Source: Usitatibacteraceae bacterium (GTDB lineage: Bacteria; Pseudomonadota; Gammaproteobacteria; Burkholderiales; Usitatibacteraceae). Taken from it: a stretch of 64,000 nt of DNA. The notes under the pieces were generated by a model. The model saw nothing but the letters and a program-made list of their open reading frames with translations. It did not search any database and was not told where the DNA came from. Both the position numbers and the translations under genes were made by a program. The DNA lies in the NCBI GenBank assembly GCA_036394575.1, contig DASWEY010000019.1, positions 40,579 to 104,578 on the forward strand. Reading direction: 5' to 3'. Shown piece by piece: positions 19,027 through 31,184 of this stretch; position 1 is the stretch's first letter; the number at the start of each line of letters is the position of its first letter.

Positions 19027-20700
19027 TTATTGACGGTGGAAGGTAATGCGGAACGTGGCGCCGGGCGCCGCGCCCGATATTGTTTCAGCGGGCAGGTACT
19101 CGATGCGCGCGCCATTGGCCTCGGCCAGCTCCTGCGCAATATACAGCCCCAGGCCGGTGCCCTGGCTGTCGGTGGTGAAGAAGGGCTCGAACAGATGCGG
19201 CAGCGCCTCCACCGACACCCCCGGGCCGTCGTCGCCGACGGTCAGCGCCGGGGTGCGGTTGTCGGCGCGCACCGACAAGGCCAGGGTCACGCTGCCGGGC
19301 AGCCGGCGGCTGTGGCGGCAGGCATTGCGCGTCAGATTCCACAGCACCTGATCGAGATGGCTGCGATCGAACACGAGGCGCAGGCCGCTGCCGATTTGCA
19401 GGCGGATCATGTCGGCGGCGATTTTTTCATTGCTGCAGAAATCGCGCAGGAACTGCTCGAGATAGGGGCGCGGATCGATCTCCTCGGGATGGGCGCGGTC
19501 GCGGCGGTTGAGGTACAGCACTTCCTGCACCAGACGGTCGAGCCGGTGCGAATTCTGCTGGATGATGGTGAGCAGGCGCACATCGGCCGCGCTGCGTCCG
19601 ACCTCCTCGCCGAGCAGTTCGGCGGCGTGATTGATGCTCGACAGGGGGTTGCGGATTTCATGCGCGATGCTGGCGGTGAGTCGCCCCAACGCGACCAGCT
19701 TCATCTGCTGCGCCTGCGCGCGGATGCGCCCGGCATCCTCGATGAACACCACGGTCGGCGACATGCTCAGCCGGCCGATGGCGATGAAGCGCACCTGGTA
19801 GTCCTTCTGCGTGGCGGCATCGCGCAGCATCGGGAAAATGCGGCCGCGGTCGCGCTGCCATTCCCGCAGCAGCGCCGCCAGCGCCGGCGCGCATTCGGCC
19901 AGCGGACGGTTGACCGCATTCCTGAGTCCGCCGACCATCGCCACGCTTTGCGGATTGTGCTGGCGGATCAGGCCCTGCTCGTCGACCACCACGAAGCCGT
20001 CCTGCATATCGCGGATCACCAGCTCATTGATCTGCGCCAGATTGGCCAGATCGACGCCGCGCTCGGCGGCGATCTTCTCCGCACCGGTGGCATATTTGGC
20101 CAAGGTGTAACCGAGTCCGGCGATGACGAAATAGCTGGCGGCCAGCAGGCCGCTGGCGACGAAGTCGGAGGTGCTGGCATCGAGATACAGGAACTGCCAG
20201 GCTTGTTCCATCAATACCGCCAGGGCCGCCAGCGCGGCATGAAAATAGGCCATGCGTCCGCGCGACACCAGGCCGGCCGCCGCCAGGGTCACCAGCAGCA
20301 GCAGGCCGATGCCGCTGCGCGCGCCGCCGGAAGCATGCATCAGCAGGGTGAGGCCAACCACATCGATGGCGACCTGCATGCTGAGATGCAGATTCGGCGC
20401 GAGAAAGCGCACCTTGGCGCTGGCAAGGGCGGCGGCGGCGGCGAGGAAATAACCGCCGATGACCGAGGCCGCCAGCAGGGGCCCGGTGGAGCCGACCACC
20501 TGGAAGCGGTTGAATCCCCAGTAAGTGGCGGCAAGGATGACGATGATAACGAGGCGATAAATGCAGAATGAAACCAGCGACCGCCACACCAGGTCGAGGG
20601 CGCGCGCGCTGTCCGTTACCGGGTCGACAACGGGCTCGCCCGCGGCCGCGGCACCCGGTTCGGCGCCGGACATGGAGATCTCGGAACCGGGTGCGCTCAC
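19027..20700 (-). CDS. pilS: Multi-TM PAS sensor histidine kinase, PilS-like
   Basis: 557 aa. About 6 N-terminal TM helices, H-box LTASIAHEIRNPLSSI, N box NLTRNACRH, G boxes DDGPGV and GTGLGLYIA. Confidence 0.75.
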   Translation of the reverse strand: MSAPGSEISMSGAEPGAAAAGEPVVDPVTDSARALDLVWRSLVSFCIYRLVIIVILAATYWGFNRFQVVGSTGPLLAASVIGGYFLAAAAALASAKVRFLAPNLHLSMQVAIDVVGLTLLMHASGGARSGIGLLLLVTLAAAGLVSRGRMAYFHAALAALAVLMEQAWQFLYLDASTSDFVASGLLAASYFVIAGLGYTLAKYATGAEKIAAERGVDLANLAQINELVIRDMQDGFVVVDEQGLIRQHNPQSVAMVGGLRNAVNRPLAECAPALAALLREWQRDRGRIFPMLRDAATQKDYQVRFIAIGRLSMSPTVVFIEDAGRIRAQAQQMKLVALGRLTASIAHEIRNPLSSINHAAELLGEEVGRSAADVRLLTIIQQNSHRLDRLVQEVLYLNRRDRAHPEEIDPRPYLEQFLRDFCSNEKIAADMIRLQIGSGLRLVFDRSHLDQVLWNLTRNACRHSRRLPGSVTLALSVRADNRTPALTVGDDGPGVSVEALPHLFEPFFTTDSQGTGLGLYIAQELAEANGARIEYLPAETISGAAPGATFRITFHRQ

Positions 20701-20933
20701 GAGGGGCGATGCGCGCAGTGCGCCGGGTCGCGACAGCCGATTTTGCCGTCTTTCAACACGCTGTCCGACTCGGGCATATATACGCCGCAGCTGGCGCAGG
20801 CCACCATGCGCTCGGCGGCGGCCGGTTTCGCCTCGCCGGATTTGCCTGCCGCGGGACGGTCGGGACGCTGCTGCTTTTTGAAAAAAGCCCAGGCCACAGC
20901 GGCAATCAACAGCAGGAGCAGCAGTTTTCCCAT
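20697..20933 (-). CDS. Small membrane-anchored Cys-rich (zinc-ribbon-like) protein, recalled as PP0621-family
   Basis: 78 aa. N-terminal TM (LLLLLLIAAVAWAFF) then CASCGVYMPESDSVLKDGKIGCRDPAHC. 4-nt overlap with the downstream kinase gene. Confidence 0.55.
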   Translation of the reverse strand: MGKLLLLLLIAAVAWAFFKKQQRPDRPAAGKSGEAKPAAAERMVACASCGVYMPESDSVLKDGKIGCRDPAHCAHRPS

Positions 20934-21027
20934 GGGGACGTCAGACTCGCATCAACGGTAAGGTCGATATGCTATCGCACCCGGGCACCGGCGCCCAAGC
21001 CGGCCATCCGCAATGAATGGCGGCGCG

Positions 21028-21801
21028 CTATTTTTCGACGAAGGCGCGTTCGACCACGAAATGACCGGGAGAATCCATATGGCCTTCTCGGTAGCCGCGC
21101 GACAGCATCAGGTTTTTGGTGTCCCTGAGCATTTCCGGGCTGCCGCAGATCATCACGCGATCGCGCTCCACGTCGAGATGCGGCAGGCCCAGATCGTCCA
21201 TCATCTTGCCGGTCTCGATCAGGGCGGTGATGCGCCCCTGGTTGCGGAACGGCTCGCGCGTGACGGTGGGGTAATACAGCAGCTTGTCGCGCACCACTTC
21301 GCCGAAGAATTCGTTGTCCGGCAGTTCCCGGTTGATGAAGTCGTTATAGGCCAGCTCGGCGACATGGCGGCAGCCGTGCACCAGCACCACTTTTTCGAAA
21401 TGTTCGTAGGTTTCCGGGTCCTTGATGACGCTCATGAAGGGCGCCATGCCGGTGCCGGTGGACAACAGGTAAAGCGTCTTGCCGGGCAGCAGGTTCTGCA
21501 GGATCAGGGTGCCGACCGCCTTGCTGTTGACCAGCAGCTCGTCGCCGACTTTGAGGTGCTGCAGGCGCGAGGTCAGCGGCCCGTTCTGTACCTTGATCGA
21601 GAAGTACTCGAGCCGTTCCTCGTAGTTGGCACTGACCATGCTGTAGGCGCGCAGCAGGGGCTTGCCCTCGACCTGGATGCCGATCATGGTGAACTGCCCG
21701 TTCAAAAAACGGAACGAGGGGTCGCGGGTGGCGGTGAAACTGAACAGGGTATCGGTCCAGTGATGAACGCTCAGAACGCGTTCGTGAAAATGGGTGGCCA
21801 T
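21028..21801 (-). CDS. fpr: Ferredoxin-NADP+ reductase
   Basis: 257 aa. RAYSMVS (FAD-binding RxYS), LLSTGTGMAPF (NADP-binding), overall Fpr-like. Confidence 0.9.
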   Translation of the reverse strand: MATHFHERVLSVHHWTDTLFSFTATRDPSFRFLNGQFTMIGIQVEGKPLLRAYSMVSANYEERLEYFSIKVQNGPLTSRLQHLKVGDELLVNSKAVGTLILQNLLPGKTLYLLSTGTGMAPFMSVIKDPETYEHFEKVVLVHGCRHVAELAYNDFINRELPDNEFFGEVVRDKLLYYPTVTREPFRNQGRITALIETGKMMDDLGLPHLDVERDRVMICGSPEMLRDTKNLMLSRGYREGHMDSPGHFVVERAFVEK

Positions 21802-21920
21802 GGCTTCTTGACAGTAGGTGGGTGCCGCGTGCTTTCGCGGGATGGGAACGGGAGGATGGAGGAATCAGGCGATTCGGATATGGGATATGGATATGCCGCA
21901 AAGGTCTAAAGTGTTGCCGC

Positions 21921-21955
21921 AAAGAAAAAGCCTGTGCGTCGCACAGGCTTTTTCT
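21921..21955. terminator. Bidirectional rho-independent terminator hairpin
   Basis: aaagaaaaAGCCTGTGCgtcGCACAGGCTtttt. 9-bp GC-rich stem with an A-run on one side and a T-run on the other. Lies immediately downstream of tRNA-Pro (minus strand). Confidence 0.65.
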
Positions 21956-21987
21956 TTGCGATCCCCGGACGCATTCCGGGGAAAAAT

Positions 21988-22064
21988 TGGTCGGGGTGAG
22001 AGGATTCGAACCTCCGGCCTCTACGTCCCGAACGTAGCGCTCTACCAGGCTAAGCTACACCCCG
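21988..22064 (-). tRNA. tRNA-Pro (anticodon CGG)
   Basis: The reverse complement CGGGGTGTAGCTTAGCCTGGTAGAGCGCTACGTTCGGGACGTAGAGGCCGGAGGTTCGAATCCTCTCACCCCGACCA folds as a cloverleaf. Anticodon loop TTCGGGA, CCA encoded. Confidence 0.92.
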
Positions 22065-22135
22065 AATTTTTTGCGCGCGCCGGCGTAACGTAATGAAAGC
22101 AAGCAAAACCAGGCGGGCCCAGCCTTCGGCAAGCC

Positions 22136-23125
22136 TTAAAACCTGCGTTCGACCGCGAAAACGCATAATTGTAGCAAAGCATCGCGATAAACGGAATCCG
22201 GAAAATGCGAAATCGCGTCGGCCGCTATTTTGGCCTCGCGATGCGCCGCCTGCCGCGCGTAATCGATGGCGCCGGTCGCCTGGATGGTGGCGACGACGGC
22301 CGCCATGTTTTCCTTGCCGCCCTCTTCAATGGCTTGCCGGATCAGATCGCGCTGTGCGGCACTGCCCTCGCGCATTGCAAAAATCAACGGTAGTGTGGGC
22401 TTACCTTCGGCAAGATCGTCACCCACATTCTTGCCGGTTTCACTGATATCGCCCGAGTAATCGAGCACATCGTCGATCAACTGGAAGGCGGTGCCCACAT
22501 GGGTGCCGTAAGACGCCAGCGCCTCTTCATTGCGACTCGAGGCTTCGCCCAGGATCGCACCCACCCGGCAGGCCGCCTCGAACAGCTTGGCGGTCTTGTA
22601 GCGCACCACCTTGAGGTAGCTTTCCTCGTCGGTGTCGGCGTCGCGCACATTCATCAGTTGCAACACCTCGCCCTCGGAAATGATATTGGTCGCCTCGGCC
22701 ATCACCCCCATCACGCGCATCGAGCCGACCTCGACCATCATCTGGAAGGCCCGCGAATACAGGAAGTCGCCGACCAGCACGCTGGCCGCATTGCCGAAGG
22801 CCGCGTTGGCGGTTTCGCGGCCGCGGCGCAGGTCCGATTCATCGACCACATCGTCATGCAGCAGGGTGGCGGTATGGATGAATTCGATCACCGCGGCCAT
22901 TTCGTGCATGGCCGCCTTGGGCGCGCCGGCCAGGCTGCCGCTGAGCGCCACCAGGACCGGGCGCAGACGCTTGCCGCCGGCACTGATGATGTAGCTGGAA
23001 ATCTGGTTGACCAGGATGACGTCGGAGGCAAGGCGCTGGCGGATGACGCCGTCGATGGCCTGCATATCGGCCTCGATGACGGCGCGGATCGCATCGAGGT
23101 TCACGGGATGGTGCGAAGAATTCAT
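22136..23125 (-). CDS. ispB: Octaprenyl-diphosphate synthase
   Basis: 329 aa. Aspartate-rich motifs LLHDDVVDESDLRRG and FQLIDDVLDY. Confidence 0.9.
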   Translation of the reverse strand: MNSSHHPVNLDAIRAVIEADMQAIDGVIRQRLASDVILVNQISSYIISAGGKRLRPVLVALSGSLAGAPKAAMHEMAAVIEFIHTATLLHDDVVDESDLRRGRETANAAFGNAASVLVGDFLYSRAFQMMVEVGSMRVMGVMAEATNIISEGEVLQLMNVRDADTDEESYLKVVRYKTAKLFEAACRVGAILGEASSRNEEALASYGTHVGTAFQLIDDVLDYSGDISETGKNVGDDLAEGKPTLPLIFAMREGSAAQRDLIRQAIEEGGKENMAAVVATIQATGAIDYARQAAHREAKIAADAISHFPDSVYRDALLQLCVFAVERRF

Positions 23126-23222
23126 GCGTTATTGGTGATTTTATCGGGAGCGGCCCCCGGATACGGCCTGGCCGGCCGCGACTAACTATCTGTTTCGACT
23201 AAACATCAGAACAAAATTCGCA

Positions 23223-23251
23223 TTGACGCGCCAGTCGGGGATTCGTATAAT
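23223..23251 (+). promoter_or_regulatory. Sigma-70 promoter for rplU-rpmA(-obg)
   Basis: TTGACG (23223-23228), a 17-nt spacer, then TATAAT (23246-23251), about 125 nt upstream of rplU. Confidence 0.6.
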
Positions 23252-23376
23252 AGCGGGTTCATTCGTCGCCCACCAATTTCTTCGCGGTTTTCGCTGCGGG
23301 CAGGCTGGTCCCGGGATTGCTGAAACGGTTACCCGGCGCACGATGGATTACACGAATCTTTTTCAGGAGTTTAACC

Positions 23377-23688
23377 ATGTATGCGGTCATAAAAACCGGC
23401 GGGAAGCAGTATCGTGTCCAGGCCGGCGAAAAACTTAAAATAGAACAGATACCGGCAGACGTGGGCTCGCAGATTGTCCTGGACGAAGTGTTGATGGTCG
23501 GAACGGGTGAAACCGTCAAGATCGGAACGCCTCTCCTGGCAGGTGCGCAAGTCTCGGCTACCGTTGTCTCCCAGGGTCGTGCTGACAAGGTGCGCATTTT
23601 CAAGATGCGCCGTCGCAAGCACTATCAAAAACGCCAGGGTCATCGCCAAAATTACACCGAGATCCAAATCGGCGACATCAAGGCCTAA
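23377..23688 (+). CDS. rplU: 50S ribosomal protein L21
   Basis: Within ORF 23317..23688. Start M21 with a [33 protein letters not shown]. Confidence 0.95.
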   Translation: MYAVIKTGGKQYRVQAGEKLKIEQIPADVGSQIVLDEVLMVGTGETVKIGTPLLAGAQVSATVVSQGRADKVRIFKMRRRKHYQKRQGHRQNYTEIQIGDIKA

Positions 23689-23705
23689 GGCACAGGAGAT
23701 AAACC

Positions 23706-23963
23706 ATGGCACATAAAAAAGCAGGCGGCAGTTCCCGTAACGGCCGCGATTCAGAATCGAAACGCCTGGGCGTCAAGGCCTATGGCGGCGAGTTGATCCC
23801 GGCCGGCTCGATCATCGTGCGTCAGCGCGGCACCGAGTTCCACGCAGGCGAAAACGTCGGCATGGGCAAGGATCACACCCTGTTCGCGCTGACCACCGGC
23901 AAGGTCATGTTTGCGGTCAAGGGCGAGAAAAAACGCCGCACCGTCAGCGTCCAGCCGGCATAA
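23706..23963 (+). CDS. rpmA: 50S ribosomal protein L27
   Basis: 85 aa. [29 protein letters not shown]. Confidence 0.95.
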   Translation: MAHKKAGGSSRNGRDSESKRLGVKAYGGELIPAGSIIVRQRGTEFHAGENVGMGKDHTLFALTTGKVMFAVKGEKKRRTVSVQPA

Positions 23964-25270
<1,307 letters not shown>

Positions 25271-25292
25271 GAACCCGTCCTGGATTTCAACA

Positions 25293-26399
25293 ATGCCCAC
25301 CCCGCGACGCATCGTTGTCAAAATCGGCTCCACCCTGATCACCAATCACGGTGCGGGCGTCGATCATGCGTTGATCGCCGACTGGGTGCGGCAGATCGCG
25401 ACCCTGACGCGCGACGGCCACGAGGTGCTGCTGGTCTCCTCCGGCGCCATCGCCGAGGGCATGAAGCGCCTGGGCTGGAAGACGCGGCCGCATGAGGTCA
25501 ACCAGTTGCAGGCGGCCGCGGCGGTCGGCCAGATGGGGCTGGTGCAGGTGTATGAATCCGCGTTCCGCGAGCATGCGCTCGGCACCGCGCAAATCCTGCT
25601 CACGCATGACGATCTCGCCAACCGCGAACGCTATCTGAACGCGCGCTCCACCCTCACCACCCTGCTCGATTTAAGGGTGGTGCCGATCATCAACGAGAAC
25701 GATACCGTGGTCACCGACGAGATCAAGTTCGGCGACAACGACACCCTGGCGGCATTGGTTGCCAACCTGGTCGATGCCGATGAACTGATCATCCTCACCG
25801 ATCAGCAGGGCCTGTTCAGCGCCGACCCGCGCAAGGATCACTCAGCCGCGCTGATTGCCGGCGCCCGGGCAGGCGATCCGGCGCTGGAGACCATGGCCGG
25901 CGGCGCCGGCTCGGCCCTGGGACGCGGCGGCATGCTCACCAAGGTGCTGGCCGCGAAAAAAGCCGCCCTGTCGGGAGCGGCAACGGTGATCGCGCACGGA
26001 CGCGAAGCCGATGTGCTGCTGCGGCTCGCGCAGGGCGAGACCATCGGTACGCGCCTGACCCCGGAGGCCCTCAGCCTGCAGGCGAAAAAAACCTGGCTGG
26101 CCGGGCATCTCAAGACCAGCGGCCGCCTGATTCTCGATGCCGGCGCGGTGCGCGCCCTGGTGCAGGATGGCAAGAGCCTGCTGCCGATCGGGGTGCTGCG
26201 GGTGGAAGGCAATTTCGGGCGCGGCGAGGTAGTCAGTTGCGTCACGCCCGACGGCCTTGAAGTGGCGCGCGGCCTATGCAATTACGGTTCGCTCGATGCC
26301 GGCAAAATCGCCCGCAAGCCGACGGCGAACATCGAGTCCCTGCTGGGCTATATCGCCGAGCCGGAACTGATTCACCGCAATAATCTGGTGCTGATTTAG
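25293..26399 (+). CDS. proB: Glutamate 5-kinase
   Basis: Within ORF 25245..26399. Start M17 ([17 protein letters not shown]). Amino-acid kinase domain plus C-terminal PUA-like domain. Confidence 0.95.
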   Translation: MPTPRRIVVKIGSTLITNHGAGVDHALIADWVRQIATLTRDGHEVLLVSSGAIAEGMKRLGWKTRPHEVNQLQAAAAVGQMGLVQVYESAFREHALGTAQILLTHDDLANRERYLNARSTLTTLLDLRVVPIINENDTVVTDEIKFGDNDTLAALVANLVDADELIILTDQQGLFSADPRKDHSAALIAGARAGDPALETMAGGAGSALGRGGMLTKVLAAKKAALSGAATVIAHGREADVLLRLAQGETIGTRLTPEALSLQAKKTWLAGHLKTSGRLILDAGAVRALVQDGKSLLPIGVLRVEGNFGRGEVVSCVTPDGLEVARGLCNYGSLDAGKIARKPTANIESLLGYIAEPELIHRNNLVLI

Positions 26400-26431
26400 G
26401 CGTGCAGGACGCGCGCCCGGTTAGCGTCGGC

Positions 26432-27070
26432 TTATTGAAAGCGTTTCAAGTCGACCGTCTTGTAAAGCCCCATCACCTTGGGCACATAGGCCATCGTTTC
26501 CGGATAGGGCGGGATGCGATTGCCGGCGCGGATGACGGCGTTCTCACCGGCGTTGTAACCGGCCAGCGCCAACTCCACATTGCCATGGAACATCTTCAGC
26601 AGGTCGCGCAAATAACGCGTTCCGGCCGCAATGTTCTCGACCGGGTCGTCGAGATTGGTGATGCCGTAACGCTGCGCCGTCGCGGGAATCAGCTGCATCA
26701 GACCGATCGCGCCCTTGGCCGAAATCGCCCGGGCGTTGTAGCCGGATTCGGCGCGGATCACGGCATGAATCAGTTTCGGGTCCATGCCGTGCGTCTTGGC
26801 GGCGCTGTCGATCATCGGCACATAGCGGGCGATATCGACGGTCGACGGTCCGTTCGGCGACCAGGCATTGGGACGCATCGCTCCCGAGGTGGGAATGCGA
26901 TAGACCAGCCGGTAACGGCGATCGAGGTGCGGCAGATTGGAAAAATGCACCACCCCGTTCTCGTCTCTGAACGAATAAATATTGGCGACCGAATTCTGCG
27001 CCCACGCCGGCGCGATGGCGGTCACCAGGATCGAGCAGATTGCCGTCCGTATCAGGAATTGGCGAGGCAT
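26432..27070 (-). CDS. Secreted lytic transglycosylase (SLT domain)
   Basis: 212 aa. Signal peptide, catalytic IRAESGYN, GLMQLIP, AGYNAGENAV. Confidence 0.85.
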   Translation of the reverse strand: MPRQFLIRTAICSILVTAIAPAWAQNSVANIYSFRDENGVVHFSNLPHLDRRYRLVYRIPTSGAMRPNAWSPNGPSTVDIARYVPMIDSAAKTHGMDPKLIHAVIRAESGYNARAISAKGAIGLMQLIPATAQRYGITNLDDPVENIAAGTRYLRDLLKMFHGNVELALAGYNAGENAVIRAGNRIPPYPETMAYVPKVMGLYKTVDLKRFQ

Positions 27071-27195
27071 AGATTCGGGTTTGTAAACGAAGGATTAAAT
27101 ACTAACACCAAGTCTTTGTTTTGTCTGGAATTCCTGTAATGAAGGGCGCTGACGCCCGGTTTGCAGGGGGCCAGGCTTGATGTAACCTTGCACTT

Positions 27196-30100
27196 ATGGA
27201 AAACCGCGCCCCTGTGGCCGCCAGGCCTGACGGCCCCCGCCGTAATGTGCGCTTCAAGCTGGAAGCGCCCTGGCTGATCATGCTGGCGCTGCTGGTCGCC
27301 ACCTTCGTTTCAGCCTATCAAAGCTATCAGCGCACCAGTTCGGCGACCAACGCACGCTTCGCCGAAATCGCACAGGTGGCCCAGGCATCATTTTCCGGGC
27401 AATTGCGCGACATCGAGAGCCTGCTGCGCAGCGCATCGGTGATGATTACGGCCATTCCCGACCTGCCGGCCCGGCAGTGGGCGTATTTTTTTACGTCACA
27501 CCGCGAAAGCACCCAGGATTATCGCGGCCTGTCGCGCATCGAATACATCTATGCGGAGGGGCGCAGCGGCCCGCGTCTGGCGCACGCTTTCGACACCCGG
27601 CTTGAGCAGGCGCCGGAACAGGCGATCGAGAAAATACCGGCCGTGATCGAAGCCATGCAGCGCGTCAACCAGTCGCGCACCTATGCGCTCTCCGACCCCT
27701 TCCTGTTGCCCGGCGGCGACGGTAGTCGGCAGAACATGATGGTGATGGTGATGCCGGCCTACGGCTACGCCATCGACGACCGGGGCCGCAAGGGCGAGCC
27801 CTGGGCCCTGGTCGGCTACCTGCTGGCCACCGTCAGCCTCGACGACATGGTCGCCAAGCTGACCTCTCGCCAGGATCCGCGCCTGATCATTGCCCTGGTC
27901 GCCAACAACCGCCAGCTCTACCGCAGCCCGATCCCTGCCGGCGCGGATGGCGCGCGCTACAGCACCGACATGGCGCTCAATTTCAGCGAGCGCCCCTGGA
28001 CCATGCACTTTGAAAGCGCCCCGGCGCTGGAACGGGAACTGGCCAACAACACGCCGCAGACGATTCTGCTGGTCGGCTGTGTGGGGACGCTGCTGCTCAG
28101 CGGCATGATCTGGCTGTTGTCGCGGTTGCGCGAGCAGGCCGAATCGCTGGCCGCCAAAATGACCGAACGCCTGCAGGACCAGGTCAAGTTCACCGAAGAC
28201 CTGATCGAATTCAATCCCAACCCCATCACCCGCAAGGATGCCGCAGGGCGTTATGTCACCGTCAACCGCGCCTGGGAATTGCTGACCGGCCATAAACGCC
28301 AGCATGTGCTGGGCAAATCCGTCCGCGAGTTCGTCAATCCCGATCAGGCGGCCCGCATCGAGGCCCAGGATCAGCGCGTGTACGAATCGTCGTCCGGGTA
28401 TGACGCCATGGAAATGGTGGTGGTCAATCCCGACGGCCAGCGCTTCGAGACCATTTTTTCCAAGCAGCTGCTGCGGCGCGCCGATGGCAGCATCGACGGC
28501 GTCATCGGCACCATCACCGATGTCACCCCGATCAAGAAGCTGGAACAGGAACTGGCGCAGAAGCGCGAGCAGCTCGATCTGGTCATTCGCTCTTCGCAGC
28601 AAGGTATCTGGGACGTGGAACTGCGGCCCGGGGGCAATGTGTACCTGTCGGAAAGGTTTCTGGAGATGCTCGGCTATGTGAACAGCCGTTTTCCGAACAG
28701 CGACTGGCGCACAGTCCTGCATCCGGAAGACGTGGCCATGTTCCAGCGCGAAATGATCCGCCATTTCAAGCGCGAAACCCCGTATTTCGACGTCGAAGCG
28801 CGCGTACGCCGTCGCAGCGGCGAATATATCTGGGTACGGGTGCGCGCCACTGCGCAGCACGATGCCCGCGGCCGCGCAGTGCGCTTTGTCGGTTCGATCG
28901 GCGACATCTCGGACCGCAAGCGGGCCGAGGCGACGCTGATCGAGGCCAATGAACGCATCGTCGAGGCGGCGCGTGCCAAGGCGGCTTTTCTGGCCACCAT
29001 GAGCCACGAAATCCGCACCCCGCTGAACGGCGTGCTGGGCATGGCCGGCCTGCTGGCCGAAACCCGCCTCAACGACGAGCAGCGCGATTACATCCGCCTG
29101 ATCCGCGCCTCGGGCGACACCCTGCTGCGCCTGGTCGACGACGTACTCGATTTTTCCAAGATCGAATCCGGACGCATGACCCTGGAGGCGGTGCCGGTCG
29201 AACTGGTGCAACTGATCGAGGAGGCATTCGACCTGGTCGCCGACAAGGCGCGCGACAAGCAGCTGGCGCTGATCTACGACGTCAGCGACAATGTGCCTGC
29301 CTACATCCTCGGCGACGCCACGCGCCTGCGACAGATCCTGCTGAACCTGCTGTCGAACGCCATCAAGTTCACTCCGCGCGGAGAAATCATGCTGACCTTC
29401 ACCGCGACCCATGTGACCGGCGACGTGCTGGTCCTGGAAGGCCGCGTCAAGGACAGCGGCATCGGCATTCCGGCCGAGCGCATCGGCCAGCTGTTCCAGG
29501 CCTTCACCCAGGTGGACGCCTCGACCACGCGCAAATACGGCGGCACCGGCCTGGGTCTCGCCATCATCAAGCGCCTGACGCAGCTGATGAACGGCGATGT
29601 GCGCGTCGAAAGCGTGGAGGGCGAAGGCACGACCTTCATCTTCAATATCACCACGCAGGCCGCGCGCGGCCCTGCGCGGCCGTATATGCAAAGCGATGTG
29701 TTCGACTTTCTCGGCAAGCGCCTGCTGTTGGTCGAAAGCAACCTCAGCCGTCGCCCGATCCTGCAAGGGATTCTCCGGCGCTGGGGCTTCGAGTGTCTGG
29801 TCGTGACGCCCGGGGAGGCCGCCGCCGCACTGCGTATGCAGGCCGATATCGACATTCTCCTCAGCGACCTCATGTCGCCGGACGCGCCGGCCGCCGCCGT
29901 CAGCGACGCGCTCGCGGAACTCGACCGCGAGCGCGCGCAGCGCGAACAACCGCCGCTGGTCAGCATTTTTGTTTCCAATCTTTCGCGCGCCGAACTGTCG
30001 CAGCGCCCTGATTGCAGGCTGCCGCGTCACGATATATTCCTGCTGCGACCGGTGAGCCAGCCGAAGCTGTTCGATGCGCTGATGCGCGCCGCGTTGCATG

Positions 30101-31152
30101 ATTTGCAATCCGATATCGCCAGCCGCCCGTTCACCCCTGGATCCGGCGGCTGGCCGGCCAGCGCACGCGACGGCGATATCGCCAGGACCGACGCACCGGC
30201 CGGCATCGCGGCCGACAGCCATGCTGTCGTCGAGGGCGCGGAAGGCCGCCCCCTCGAGATCCTGGTTGCGGAGGACAACGAGGTAAATCAGCAGGTGATT
30301 TTCGGCATGCTGAAAAACCTGGGGCATCGCGTCACCATGGTCGGCGATGGCCGCGCCGCGGTGACGGCGGCAGGCGACGCCCGGTTCGACGTGGTGCTGA
30401 TGGACATTCATATGCCGGAGCTCGATGGGGTGGCGGCCATGCGCGAAATTCACACCCTGCTCGGCGAGCAGTGTCCGCCGATCGCCGCCATGACCGCGCA
30501 CGCGCTAGCCGGCGATCGCGAGCATTACCTGAATGCGGGCATGGACGACTATATTTCCAAACCGGTTCGCAAGGCCGAACTGAACGCTCTGCTGGCGCGT
30601 ACCTGTGGCGACAGCGAAACTCCGGCCGCCTCGCCATTCCTGACGCCGGCTACTCCCCACACCGTGACCGTGCCCGCCGCCGGGTACGCCGCCGGGAATA
30701 CCGATACGCGCGTGGAAGCGATCCCGGTGCTGGACACGGAGCAGCTGGAGGACCTGCGCTATCTGCCCGCCAGCAGCAGTGATGGCGATGGCGGCGACCC
30801 GGTCGGCGGCCTGATTCGCCTGTTCCAGTCGAAGGGCCTTGAGCGTATGGCACTGATGGAGCGCTGCCTGGCGGAGAACAACTGGACTACGCTGGCGGAC
30901 ACGGCACACAGTCTGCGCGGCGCTTCGGCCAGCATGGGCTTTCCGCGCGTCGCAATACTGTGCAAGGACCTCGAGCTCGGCGCCCGCCAGCAGGCGAATG
31001 CCACCGCTTCCAATACGTCCGCGTCGGCTGCAGCCGACCTGGCGGCGATCTTCGTCTCGATCCGCCATTACTACCGCGAAGCGAACGATGCGCTGGCTAT
31101 CTGGCTGAAAGAGCCGCAACCCGCGCCGGTACAGGCGGGACATACCCCCTGA
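27196..31152 (+). CDS. Hybrid sensor histidine kinase/response regulator (CHASE-like sensor, 2x PAS, HisKA-HATPase, REC domains, C-terminal HPt)
   Basis: 1318 aa. Periplasmic region between two TM helices, H-box MSHEIRTPLNGV, GTGLGLAI, REC (ILVAEDNEVNQ...VLMDIHMPELDG), HPt AHSLRGASASMG. Confidence 0.9.
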   Translation: MENRAPVAARPDGPRRNVRFKLEAPWLIMLALLVATFVSAYQSYQRTSSATNARFAEIAQVAQASFSGQLRDIESLLRSASVMITAIPDLPARQWAYFFTSHRESTQDYRGLSRIEYIYAEGRSGPRLAHAFDTRLEQAPEQAIEKIPAVIEAMQRVNQSRTYALSDPFLLPGGDGSRQNMMVMVMPAYGYAIDDRGRKGEPWALVGYLLATVSLDDMVAKLTSRQDPRLIIALVANNRQLYRSPIPAGADGARYSTDMALNFSERPWTMHFESAPALERELANNTPQTILLVGCVGTLLLSGMIWLLSRLREQAESLAAKMTERLQDQVKFTEDLIEFNPNPITRKDAAGRYVTVNRAWELLTGHKRQHVLGKSVREFVNPDQAARIEAQDQRVYESSSGYDAMEMVVVNPDGQRFETIFSKQLLRRADGSIDGVIGTITDVTPIKKLEQELAQKREQLDLVIRSSQQGIWDVELRPGGNVYLSERFLEMLGYVNSRFPNSDWRTVLHPEDVAMFQREMIRHFKRETPYFDVEARVRRRSGEYIWVRVRATAQHDARGRAVRFVGSIGDISDRKRAEATLIEANERIVEAARAKAAFLATMSHEIRTPLNGVLGMAGLLAETRLNDEQRDYIRLIRASGDTLLRLVDDVLDFSKIESGRMTLEAVPVELVQLIEEAFDLVADKARDKQLALIYDVSDNVPAYILGDATRLRQILLNLLSNAIKFTPRGEIMLTFTATHVTGDVLVLEGRVKDSGIGIPAERIGQLFQAFTQVDASTTRKYGGTGLGLAIIKRLTQLMNGDVRVESVEGEGTTFIFNITTQAARGPARPYMQSDVFDFLGKRLLLVESNLSRRPILQGILRRWGFECLVVTPGEAAAALRMQADIDILLSDLMSPDAPAAAVSDALAELDRERAQREQPPLVSIFVSNLSRAELSQRPDCRLPRHDIFLLRPVSQPKLFDALMRAALHDLQSDIASRPFTPGSGGWPASARDGDIARTDAPAGIAADSHAVVEGAEGRPLEILVAEDNEVNQQVIFGMLKNLGHRVTMVGDGRAAVTAAGDARFDVVLMDIHMPELDGVAAMREIHTLLGEQCPPIAAMTAHALAGDREHYLNAGMDDYISKPVRKAELNALLARTCGDSETPAASPFLTPATPHTVTVPAAGYAAGNTDTRVEAIPVLDTEQLEDLRYLPASSSDGDGGDPVGGLIRLFQSKGLERMALMERCLAENNWTTLADTAHSLRGASASMGFPRVAILCKDLELGARQQANATASNTSASAAADLAAIFVSIRHYYREANDALAIWLKEPQPAPVQAGHTP

Positions 31153-31184
31153 AATTCGGCAACGCTTCCATTTGCCGCGATACG

